A program made the translations under genes and the position numbers. The notes beneath the pieces were generated by a model. That model did not search any database and was not told the origin of the DNA. It saw only the letters and a program-made list of their open reading frames with translations. Positions 1 to 8,292 of a stretch of DNA of 64,000 nucleotides are shown here, piece after piece. Where the stretch lies: positions 80,239-144,238 of the forward strand of contig JABJQG010000053.1 of the NCBI GenBank assembly GCA_018663505.1, written 5' to 3'. This DNA comes from Pseudobdellovibrionaceae bacterium. GTDB taxonomy: Bacteria; Bdellovibrionota; Bdellovibrionia; Bdellovibrionales; UBA1609. Every line of letters begins with the position of its first letter. The first letter of the stretch is position 1.

Positions 1-663
1 GTTGTCTTTACTGCGTCTAACACCCCAACTATTTTATGGAAGCTAGATGGAGTTCCTATTAATAGCAATTTAGTTGCTGTAAGCATTTCTGCAGATGAGT
101 ATACATACACATACAGTATAGGTGTTGCGGAAATTAATGATGGAGGGATTTATTCAGTTGAAGCTACATTAGGTGATTTAACTGAGGTTTATTCATATAC
201 TTTAAATTACTTACCACACACACAGGTCGACAAACTCTACAATAATGTACATACATTACCACAGTGTACTGTGCTGACTCTTAATGGAGCCCCCGGAGAG
301 GTTTACGAGGTCAGTAATTCCATATCTATTTGTAAGCTCCAAACATCAGCGTGCCCAACTGGTTGGACAAAGTATGAAAATTGGAGCGCCACAGAAGCCG
401 TTTCTGCAAGTGGTGCATATGTGCCATATATTAAATCTATTTTTGAAGGCGATAGCAACACTGTCTTAAAATTTTGTGAGAAAACCACTGCCACAACTGA
501 TTGTGGCAACACCGCTTCACACACATGGTCCAATGTGGTACCAGAGGAAATGGAGTGTGGTGGTGGCAGCAAAGAATATATAAATACTTTGGGTCAAACA
601 AGAGTGTGTACTGTCACACCAGAGGTGTTTAAAAGCACCATTGTTAATATTGGCTGTTATTAG
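1..663 (+). CDS. 3-prime part of a larger ORF entering from the left edge: Ig-like (I-set type) domain followed by a Cys-rich C-terminal domain; probable surface/adhesin protein
   Basis: Frame 1 is open from nt 1 to TAG 661-663. The track start at 271 is a GTG inside this frame. The N-terminal part reads ILWKLDGVPI...EYTYTYSIGVAEINDGGIYSVEATLGDLTEVYSYTLNY, an Ig I-set-like W...D.G.Y pattern. The last ~135 aa contain 7-8 Cys. Confidence 0.6.
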   Translation, partial: VVFTASNTPTILWKLDGVPINSNLVAVSISADEYTYTYSIGVAEINDGGIYSVEATLGDLTEVYSYTLNYLPHTQVDKLYNNVHTLPQCTVLTLNGAPGEVYEVSNSISICKLQTSACPTGWTKYENWSATEAVSASGAYVPYIKSIFEGDSNTVLKFCEKTTATTDCGNTASHTWSNVVPEEMECGGGSKEYINTLGQTRVCTVTPEVFKSTIVNIGCY

Positions 664-918
664 TACCCTAAGGAAATTACTTAGTTTTCAAATTTTTTCA
701 TAATTTAAGAAACTTTAGAAGTCTTATAAGGATTAACGCATTATCATTTTATAATGATTCACCTACTAATTATTGTTTAAAACAGACCATTAAAACCTGT
801 GCGCTTACTAGCTTGGCCCTGGTGTCCGAAATCTGATAATTTCTTTCCCACAAATTGGATTTTAATTTTCTAAATTTCACTCAAGTTCAATTTAAAGCCA
901 GCCCAGCCTAATATTCGT

Positions 919-934
919 TGGCACTAACTTTGTA
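919..934 (+). promoter_or_regulatory. Weak candidate sigma-54 (-24/-12) promoter upstream of the 970-7318 operon
   Basis: TGGCAC(919-924)-taact-TTGTA(930-934) has the canonical GG-to-G spacing of 11 nt. The -12 element is GT rather than GC. It lies ~36 nt before ATG 970. Confidence 0.25.
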
Positions 935-969
935 ATACGAGCTCCTGTTCTATTAACGAAGGAGGAACG

Positions 970-2529
970 ATGAGTTTTCAAATAAAGAAAACAATAATAA
1001 CAAAATCTGTTTTGAATGTAATGAGTGTTAGCATACTAGGCTTGGCTCTTACACCAAGTAACGCGGCTACGGCAGCTAATATGGGTATGCCATATGAAGG
1101 TTATGACAAAAAAGAATGTATCATAAAATCAATATCTAACCCGCTAGATGGTGGAACACTTTCTGATAAAGATTGTAAGGTTATTTATGTCAAACCACCC
1201 CGATACGGTATATCTAAAGTCACGGCTGGTGCACCCACTATGCTCATGGGTGTATGTAAAGCCTACCTAAGAGGACTTGCTAAATATAGTGAGCTAAATA
1301 AAGACAACGAAGATCTCGAAGATAAAGGTAGAGATGCTGCTGACGAAGCCAGAATTTCTGGTGTTCAAAACGATGTTCTATTTGATGATATTTTAGGAGG
1401 ATTAAACAACACAAATACATACCTCACTCGACTTACAAATGGACTTTCCGCGAATCAATCCGTTGCTCTCACTGCTCAACTGACATTAACAACATCTTGG
1501 GACCAACTAGTTAAACAATACAAGGAGGCCAATCAAGATATTATTGATTCTAAGCAAATTGAAATAAGAAAACTGCCTATTCAACTTGGAGTAGTGACAT
1601 ATGCCTCACGAATTTCTGATGATGAAAGCTACTTAGGGTTAACAGCATTAAACCCTGTGGTTAGCTCAGTTATTCACTCGGTTGATGACATCAATTTAAA
1701 CGGACAAAGGGTTGGAGGCTCAACACCTAGCACAGGAATAGCTAAAATGTCCACAACACTTAATGCCCAAATCGCACTAAACTTAGCTGGAGCTTGTCCC
1801 TTTTCTGACGGAGCATCTCAACTGCTTCCAAAGGATTTCCCAAAGCATCTCTCTGCCTATATTGCACCAAACTATACTTACTATTACAAAGTTCAAACTC
1901 AATCCATTTATCGTATAAAAATCAATTCTGACATGGTCAGTAAAGTTATAGAGGAAAATATCACAAATGTTGGCCAGCTAGATTCAACAACCCTAGCTTC
2001 AAAACTTTTTAATCACGAAGGTAGTAGTGCCGTAACAATTGAAACAATCGAGGGTTATGACAGTAGTAAAGTGCCCGATGATATTAAAAGTACTTTAAAA
2101 GGAAAAATTGTCGAAGCTTTATCAATAAAGATGTTAGCAAGCATTGGAACTTTAGATAAAATACTACCCAATGGAGTGGAACCAAAAGAACCTCTAAATG
2201 CAGTTAGTCAAATAAAACGAAGCAGTAGACATTGTCGTCGTAAATGGTGGGGTGGTCGTAGTTGCCATACGCATAATTACAGCATCACAGTGAAGAATAA
2301 TTACAGAAAAACAAAAATCAGAGAAGCTGTTCGAAAAATAAAACTAGACATCAATGTCTCAGGAAAAAACTTTTCTAACTTTACTGCATCTGGAACACAA
2401 GCCTTTGTTCCTGGTATAGGTGACATATTAAAGTATGAACGAGCTAACTCTGGGCAAAACCAACCTAGTCCCGATGCGCAACCAGTGACACCCGAAGAAT
2501 CTAAAAATGAAGATTTAGGAGAGTTCTAA
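970..2529 (+). CDS. Secreted protein of unknown function, operon member 1 (paralogue of member 3)
   Basis: AAGGAGG at 959-965 precedes ATG 970. The N-terminus has a signal-like segment SVSILGLALTPSNAATAA. The stop overlaps the next start (TAATG 2527-2531). It shares the motif C-x8-P-x10-DCKVIYVKPPRYGISKVT-x10-C with ORF 3547..5250. Confidence 0.8.
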   Translation: MSFQIKKTIITKSVLNVMSVSILGLALTPSNAATAANMGMPYEGYDKKECIIKSISNPLDGGTLSDKDCKVIYVKPPRYGISKVTAGAPTMLMGVCKAYLRGLAKYSELNKDNEDLEDKGRDAADEARISGVQNDVLFDDILGGLNNTNTYLTRLTNGLSANQSVALTAQLTLTTSWDQLVKQYKEANQDIIDSKQIEIRKLPIQLGVVTYASRISDDESYLGLTALNPVVSSVIHSVDDINLNGQRVGGSTPSTGIAKMSTTLNAQIALNLAGACPFSDGASQLLPKDFPKHLSAYIAPNYTYYYKVQTQSIYRIKINSDMVSKVIEENITNVGQLDSTTLASKLFNHEGSSAVTIETIEGYDSSKVPDDIKSTLKGKIVEALSIKMLASIGTLDKILPNGVEPKEPLNAVSQIKRSSRHCRRKWWGGRSCHTHNYSITVKNNYRKTKIREAVRKIKLDINVSGKNFSNFTASGTQAFVPGIGDILKYERANSGQNQPSPDAQPVTPEESKNEDLGEF

Positions 2530-3554
2530 TGAAAATCATAACACTACTAATAGGAGGGGCGTGTTTAGCCCCCTGCCTATTACAAGCAAAAACTATCCAT
2601 CTAAAAGTTCCAGTGAATGGACTAACTAACAAAGTAAACGTTCAAGTAGACAGTAATACTGGGCAAGTTAACGTAAATTGGAAAGATACAATAAATGCAA
2701 AGTTTAAATCTGATTCTCCATACTTTTCAGAAGATGTTTGCAAACGTACAGAAGATATGACAGAGACAATTGTTGAGGAAAATAAACCCGGCTTATCTCT
2801 AACAAGTAAATCTCATTCTATACGATTTAAGCTTTTTGAAAATGTAGTAGATATACCTGCCTTTTTAACAACAATAGTCTCTCAACTTCGAAAAAAAAGG
2901 TACTACAATATTAAAAAATTAGAAATTGAAAATCCTTTAAAAGTTCATGGATTAGATTTTGAATACACACTAGGATCAGACTCTATCTCACAAACTCTTG
3001 GAGAATTTAGTACAAATAATATCAACAATTCATTAACAAATTCCATAGAAGCTAACTTAAGTGCTGTACAAAAATATGGATATATACAGGTAGACACAAA
3101 ACTCACACCATTTATTTGTGATATTTTTAGTGGCGAAGCACAATTGAATTTTAGAATTAATTTAGAAGAAATTCTTAATTCAAAAAAGATCAAGCCATAT
3201 ACTTCAAAAAATATTACAAGCATATCAAATATGTTGGTTAAAAAATTTGCCCGTATAGCTAAATTAACTAAAAACTCAACTTTTATAAGAAATAATCAGC
3301 AGCTTATATTAGCTTCTTCAATATATTCGGAAGCTCACAGTAATGTAATGAAAGAGAATTTAAAAAAATCATATGTTAAACATTACCTAAAACTATTTGC
3401 CCATATATTTAGTCAAGAGAGCTTCTCACCAGTGCAATTAAACGCATCTGATTCTAAAAGAATTGCAAATAAGCTTACCATAACTCGACAACAGTCAAAA
3501 CCATACAGTTTAACTGTAAGTAACTTTCAACGTATAGGGGAATACAATGACTAA
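2529..3554 (+). CDS. Secreted protein of unknown function, operon member 2
   Basis: Its ATG overlaps the upstream stop. Signal peptide MKIITLLIGGACLAPCLLQA. No recognisable domain. Confidence 0.75.
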   Translation: MKIITLLIGGACLAPCLLQAKTIHLKVPVNGLTNKVNVQVDSNTGQVNVNWKDTINAKFKSDSPYFSEDVCKRTEDMTETIVEENKPGLSLTSKSHSIRFKLFENVVDIPAFLTTIVSQLRKKRYYNIKKLEIENPLKVHGLDFEYTLGSDSISQTLGEFSTNNINNSLTNSIEANLSAVQKYGYIQVDTKLTPFICDIFSGEAQLNFRINLEEILNSKKIKPYTSKNITSISNMLVKKFARIAKLTKNSTFIRNNQQLILASSIYSEAHSNVMKENLKKSYVKHYLKLFAHIFSQESFSPVQLNASDSKRIANKLTITRQQSKPYSLTVSNFQRIGEYND

Positions 3555-5250
3555 GTTATCAACATTAACAACTTTATTTTTTGTCCTGGGTATAACTAAT
3601 TATGCTCAAGCTACACCAAGAAAACATTCATTATGTAATTCATCAGCCATACAGTCTCCGGAAAACTCAGCTGGATTCTTTTTTGGGGAAGATTGCAAGC
3701 AAATTTATGTTTTGCCTCCCAAAGAAGGTACTTTAGAGGTCACAAGTTTTAATTATGACCTAAGAGCACTTCAATGTGGAGCCATCAATCATCAGGTAGA
3801 TAAAGCTAATGAAATCATAATAAACCTGGTTGAAGAAGATAAAAAACTAACATTAAGAAGATCTAAAATTCGTGAGCAAAATGCAGCTGTCATCGCAAAA
3901 CGTAACAAATGTTTTAATTTTGACCCTAAAGTGGATAAATTAAAAGATAAAAAAAACAAAGTGGGATCAGCAATTCGTATTAGGCAATCAAAATTAGTTC
4001 AGTTAGAAGATCAGTATAATTCATGTTCCGACCAAAATGCTTCTGATTGTAGATACCTACCTTATGATATCACTAGTTTAAAAAATCAGATTCAAAATTT
4101 CAATGCTAAATCAGAAATTATTGATTCTGCAATATTAAGCTATACTGAAAGAAAGGACAGTTGTCTGCAAAACATAGACAGGTATGTCACAGGCTTAAGC
4201 CGTAGTGACACTGAACTGAACTCCATCATTAACAACTATCGAAAAGAGCTAAATGTTTTACAAAGTAATATGAACTTAATGTATAACAATCTAGCTCCCA
4301 TTGCCACGTCTACTCTTGGTATAAAATATGAATCGCACTACGTACAGCTTGTTGAGGAGTTTAAGAGTTTAAACCCAGGTGTTAATTTTAATAAAATGCC
4401 AAACAGCTCTATGGCGCTTGAAGTAAAGCTAGTTCGTGATGGGCACAGACAAAATATACCTATGGTAATATCATCTGATATTCACGCTGTATCACTTGCA
4501 CCAACTGAAATATCTATTGACCTTTATCCTGCAGGTATAGATTTAAGACCCACAGCTAACGTGGTCTTTTCAGAATCGCTTTCTGGAACCATGAGTTTAA
4601 ACCAGTTAGGTACTTGTATGATTACTCGCCGGATGGAAAATCAAACGGGTGTGACAAATGACCTCAATGAAATAGCAGAACTTATAGGGGGCAATGTCTT
4701 TTACACTTACCAACTTCAGACAGATCGTAAATTTGAGTTCAAGTACAACGAGCATGAACTTTTCCGACGCATTAAAAAGAAGTCAAGAAAAGGTGGGCTT
4801 TTTAAAACATCAGTTGCACAGTCGCTCACAGAGGAGCTAAATGCTAAGTCTTGGTTACAAGTCAAAGTTACCTCCGAGGACTCACGTAATGTTTATGTTG
4901 ACTCTCAAAAAATGATTAGTGAAATACGTTCTGAGTACCTAAATAGGGCAATTTTTAAAGTAGCAAAATACTTTGTTTCTAAAGAACAACTTCACCTACT
5001 CACACCACCTTCTGAAAACGGTGCCGCAGTAGCTTCTAAAGAACTTAAAAAATGTCCAAATCCTTATTGCCAATTTGGCGCAGCTGTTTTGGACGTGGCT
5101 AATGCTATTTTTGGCGAAGCCCAATCATCTGCTAGTCATACAAGAACCATTGACCAGATGAATTGGGAAAAACAGGTTGTTTCTGAAATGTTACCTTTTA
5201 CTGGTTCATTTGGTCTTTTTCCAAAACAAAGGTCGGAAGGTGTGTTTTAA
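3547..5250 (+). CDS. Secreted protein of unknown function, operon member 3 (paralogue of member 1)
   Basis: ATG 3547 lies 8 nt inside the upstream ORF (ATGACTAA). Signal peptide ends ...FFVLGITNYAQA. Motif C-x8-P-x11-DCKQIYVLPPKEGTLEVT-x10-C is followed by a K/E/N-rich coiled-coil-like region. The later FYTYQLQT and KKKSRKGGLF segments parallel YYYKVQTQ and RRKWWGGRS of member 1. Confidence 0.8.
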   Translation: MTKLSTLTTLFFVLGITNYAQATPRKHSLCNSSAIQSPENSAGFFFGEDCKQIYVLPPKEGTLEVTSFNYDLRALQCGAINHQVDKANEIIINLVEEDKKLTLRRSKIREQNAAVIAKRNKCFNFDPKVDKLKDKKNKVGSAIRIRQSKLVQLEDQYNSCSDQNASDCRYLPYDITSLKNQIQNFNAKSEIIDSAILSYTERKDSCLQNIDRYVTGLSRSDTELNSIINNYRKELNVLQSNMNLMYNNLAPIATSTLGIKYESHYVQLVEEFKSLNPGVNFNKMPNSSMALEVKLVRDGHRQNIPMVISSDIHAVSLAPTEISIDLYPAGIDLRPTANVVFSESLSGTMSLNQLGTCMITRRMENQTGVTNDLNEIAELIGGNVFYTYQLQTDRKFEFKYNEHELFRRIKKKSRKGGLFKTSVAQSLTEELNAKSWLQVKVTSEDSRNVYVDSQKMISEIRSEYLNRAIFKVAKYFVSKEQLHLLTPPSENGAAVASKELKKCPNPYCQFGAAVLDVANAIFGEAQSSASHTRTIDQMNWEKQVVSEMLPFTGSFGLFPKQRSEGVF

Positions 5251-5942
5251 TGAAATCCTTATTACTCATTTTATTGAGCCTCTCCCTTAATGCTCAAAGC
5301 ATTGAAGGGTTGGGGTCCCAGGTAATAAACCTTAATGATTGGATCACACAACCCCAACAAACAATCGAATTTGATAGGGTTAACTGGCTAAACAAAAGTA
5401 CCGCCCATTATAGCTGCAATGCTGTCTTACAAAACCATGAAGACTTTAGCAGAAATGAAGCTAAATATTTAGATGTAGTACTAGAAGAAATTTTTAAATC
5501 AAAGGGGGAAAATGCTCAGTCCTTGAGGCATTCACGTGAAACCCTTATGGATTTAGTGGGTCTCTCTGCCGAACATCCTTTTTTTAAAACGGTAGCTTAT
5601 GCAGAAGTAACACTTGCACAAAACTGGATTGAGTCTGCAGATTCTTTCTTACTCATGAAATATGGACACTTTGAAGTTTCTAAATTTTTAAACTTTAAGA
5701 ATTTAAACATTCATTCAACAGTTTTACCAAACAAAAGTGTGACTTTGAATATTCCCATATCTTATTACGATATTTGTGCTCATAAAGGTGTGTATATTGC
5801 AAAACTCACTCAGTGCCATGATAACGCCGATAACTGGGTCCAATGTTCAAAAAGATATGGTGTTCACATGAACCTTAATGAAAAAGCATTAGGTTTAGGT
5901 AAAGCAACAAACACTAGAAGGAGTAATGGGCGATGGGATTAA
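5250..5942 (+). CDS. Secreted protein of unknown function, operon member 4
   Basis: TAATG overlap at 5248-5252. Signal peptide MKSLLLILLSLSLNAQS. No recognisable domain. Confidence 0.7.
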   Translation: MKSLLLILLSLSLNAQSIEGLGSQVINLNDWITQPQQTIEFDRVNWLNKSTAHYSCNAVLQNHEDFSRNEAKYLDVVLEEIFKSKGENAQSLRHSRETLMDLVGLSAEHPFFKTVAYAEVTLAQNWIESADSFLLMKYGHFEVSKFLNFKNLNIHSTVLPNKSVTLNIPISYYDICAHKGVYIAKLTQCHDNADNWVQCSKRYGVHMNLNEKALGLGKATNTRRSNGRWD

Positions 5943-6394
5943 AATCAAAAATTATTTTTCTTGTTTTACTTACCTCTGCCTCATCTTTATTTGCCAACTT
6001 GCCCGTAGGACTAGAAGCAATGTTAGATGATTTTGTAGGGATAACGGAGATTCATAATTGTAAAGTTGAAGTTTGGGAAACCACTATTGCGCAAAACGGA
6101 ACTTATGATCGTGCCGGTCTTGGAATAATGGTCACTGACAATAGAATTAAGAAAATAGCTTCAATTTATTTAAACAATGAGTCTATAAGTATTAATCAAA
6201 ACATGGATCAACGCAGCTACAGCTTTAAGCGCGTTTTTACAGTAGCTAGCCAAAAATATCATCAATATTTAAAAATACATTTTAATCAATGGAACGCTTT
6301 GACTTTATTTGAAGTTGGAGAATTTAACGAAACTAAACTGGAATATACTCAACGTAGTATTTGCAAACAAGAACATTTAGGTGGTCATAATTAA
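5933..6394 (+). CDS. Secreted protein of unknown function, operon member 5
   Basis: ATG 5933 overlaps the upstream ORF by 10 nt (ATGGGATTAA). AAGGAG at 5918-5923. Signal peptide ...LVLLTSASSLFA. Confidence 0.7.
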   Translation: MGLKSKIIFLVLLTSASSLFANLPVGLEAMLDDFVGITEIHNCKVEVWETTIAQNGTYDRAGLGIMVTDNRIKKIASIYLNNESISINQNMDQRSYSFKRVFTVASQKYHQYLKIHFNQWNALTLFEVGEFNETKLEYTQRSICKQEHLGGHN

Positions 6395-6418
6395 TTATGA
6401 CCTCAGGAGGATATAAAC

Positions 6419-7318
6419 ATGAATAAAATTATTAAAAAATTATCACTAGCATTATTACTTTCCACTCTTCACCTTAGCTTTGCTCAAGCAAAAACAAATG
6501 GTGTTGTTATTGAACCTGCATCAATGGAGGTCAGAGTGGCTTCCGACGGCAGAAGCATTGATGTGAGTTTAATTAATAACGAAGATTTTGACCTTTTCTG
6601 TTCTCAAATTGCAGTGGAAAGTGAAATGATTAAGGCCCCTTATGGAGAATGGAAAGGTTGGAAAAAAACACCTATTTTTAATACCTATATTCGATCTAAT
6701 GAATCTGCTGAAATCAGTGTAGGTCATGCCCATATTAAAACAAAAGAAAGTCTTGAAGGAGACAAATTCGTTTATTCGTTTGCTAAAATAAACAGTAATC
6801 ACGTACATTGTCAAAAAGCTAGTTTTGAAAATTACTGTGACTTTGCTTCTTTAGATGAAGAAGAGGAGTACACCATTGACAAGATCTTACAGGAAACTAA
6901 CAGCACAAGTTGCGCCAAGGCAGAGGGGAAACTACACGGAAATGTAAGACTTAGAGCACTGGGATTAAAATCTGTAAAACCCATTAGTTTTTTCCCAAGA
7001 GTTCTTAGTCTAGATTTACAAAACAACAAAATCACATCAGTAAAGGATTTATCAATTATTGAAAACCTAAGAACCATAAACCTCAACAACAATCCCATTG
7101 AGCTTTTTTCGGACTTCTGGAAGATGGAAAACCTAAGGCGACTCTATCTTTTTGGATCATCTATTAAGGACATTGAGGGTATAGAAAAGTTACATAGTTT
7201 GAAAAAATTAAATGTTGGAAACACTGATGTTGAAGATTTTTCACCAATGAAAAAGCACCCGCGTTTAAATGTTAGGTATAAGAAAATACTCAAGTATGAG
7301 GAACCTCATGCTTGGTAA
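6419..7318 (+). CDS. Secreted leucine-rich-repeat (internalin-like LRR) protein, operon member 6
   Basis: AGGAGG at 6405-6410 precedes ATG 6419. Signal peptide ...LSTLHLSFAQA. The C-terminal half has ~22-aa LRRs: LSLDLQNNKITSVKDLSIIENLRTINLNNNPIELFSDFWKMENLRRLYLFGSSIKDIEGIEKLHSLKKLNVGNTDVEDFSPM. Confidence 0.8.
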   Translation: MNKIIKKLSLALLLSTLHLSFAQAKTNGVVIEPASMEVRVASDGRSIDVSLINNEDFDLFCSQIAVESEMIKAPYGEWKGWKKTPIFNTYIRSNESAEISVGHAHIKTKESLEGDKFVYSFAKINSNHVHCQKASFENYCDFASLDEEEEYTIDKILQETNSTSCAKAEGKLHGNVRLRALGLKSVKPISFFPRVLSLDLQNNKITSVKDLSIIENLRTINLNNNPIELFSDFWKMENLRRLYLFGSSIKDIEGIEKLHSLKKLNVGNTDVEDFSPMKKHPRLNVRYKKILKYEEPHAW

Positions 7319-7402
7319 CCAAGCCCCGTAACAAAACAGTTGTAATTTATATATATTGAAAAAAGAGTGTGCTCATAGTATAAGCACACTAAGGAGAACG
7401 CT

Positions 7403-8137
7403 ATGAAAACATTGAAATCTCGAATCCTTTTAAGTCTAACTTTAGTAATTATGGCTTTAGGCTGTAATAAAGATGATCCAAAGCCTGTAACCCCACCGCC
7501 ACCTGTAGATAAGGGAGGATCTGGCGGAGCTGGGGGCGCAGCAGCTGCATTGAAGTGTAAACTAAAAAATCCCATTTCTTTAAAAAACATAGATACAACT
7601 AAAGCCTATTTGGTATTTAATAATATTACTTTATCAGCAAAAGCTACCACAAAAAGCTTTAAACAATTTGATGGTAGTGCATTTCAGTTTATCTTGCACT
7701 CTCCGGTTTATCGCCTTATTGGAGAGAGTTATAGACCTACAGTTGTTGAAGCTGGTCACCTTGTGGTACCGTCAAGATGGGATGATCCTGACTCTATTGG
7801 TGTACCAGAAATTATCGAAGATCAATGGAGTATGAGTGCTAAAAGCGAAGCTCTAGAAAACTCAGAATACATACTGCATACTGTGGAGCTAATATCAGAC
7901 TCTTATGCAAGTAAAAATATAGAGCCCAGAACCTCAAAAATCATTTACAAACAAATTATAGATTACAAAAATCAACAAATTATTTCTATAGAAATAACAA
8001 ATGATATTCTTGCCTATTATGATGCCATGGGGTCCAGAACTCCCCAAGTAACAAATTTAGATGTAAGGCAAACTCTATGCATTGAAGATATGAGTTTTAA
8101 AGAAGGTTTAGATAGAGAACCTCAAACTTCCAACTAA
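7403..8137 (+). CDS. Lipoprotein of unknown function
   Basis: AAGGAG at 7391-7396. Lipobox LVIMALGC is followed by a Pro/Gly-rich linker (PKPVTPPPPVDKGGSGGAGGAAAA). Confidence 0.7.
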   Translation: MKTLKSRILLSLTLVIMALGCNKDDPKPVTPPPPVDKGGSGGAGGAAAALKCKLKNPISLKNIDTTKAYLVFNNITLSAKATTKSFKQFDGSAFQFILHSPVYRLIGESYRPTVVEAGHLVVPSRWDDPDSIGVPEIIEDQWSMSAKSEALENSEYILHTVELISDSYASKNIEPRTSKIIYKQIIDYKNQQIISIEITNDILAYYDAMGSRTPQVTNLDVRQTLCIEDMSFKEGLDREPQTSN

Positions 8138-8188
8138 ATCATTTTTCGAAATGCGAAAAAAGTAACCTAATACAAGGCAAGGGGCGTC

Positions 8189-8210
8189 CAACTCTCCCCG
8201 GGGAGAGTTG
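8189..8210. repeat. CCCCGGGG-core palindromic repeat, copy 1 (REP-like)
   Basis: Perfect 22-bp palindrome CAACTCTCCCCGGGGAGAGTTG between convergent genes. Related copies lie at 12104 and 12566. Confidence 0.8.
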
Positions 8211-8292
8211 TTCACCTGATTCCTCTCGTATATACCACTAACAATGTGTTAGGAATTAAAGCTTGCAAACCCCCAAGTAAGAAAATCTCTTC

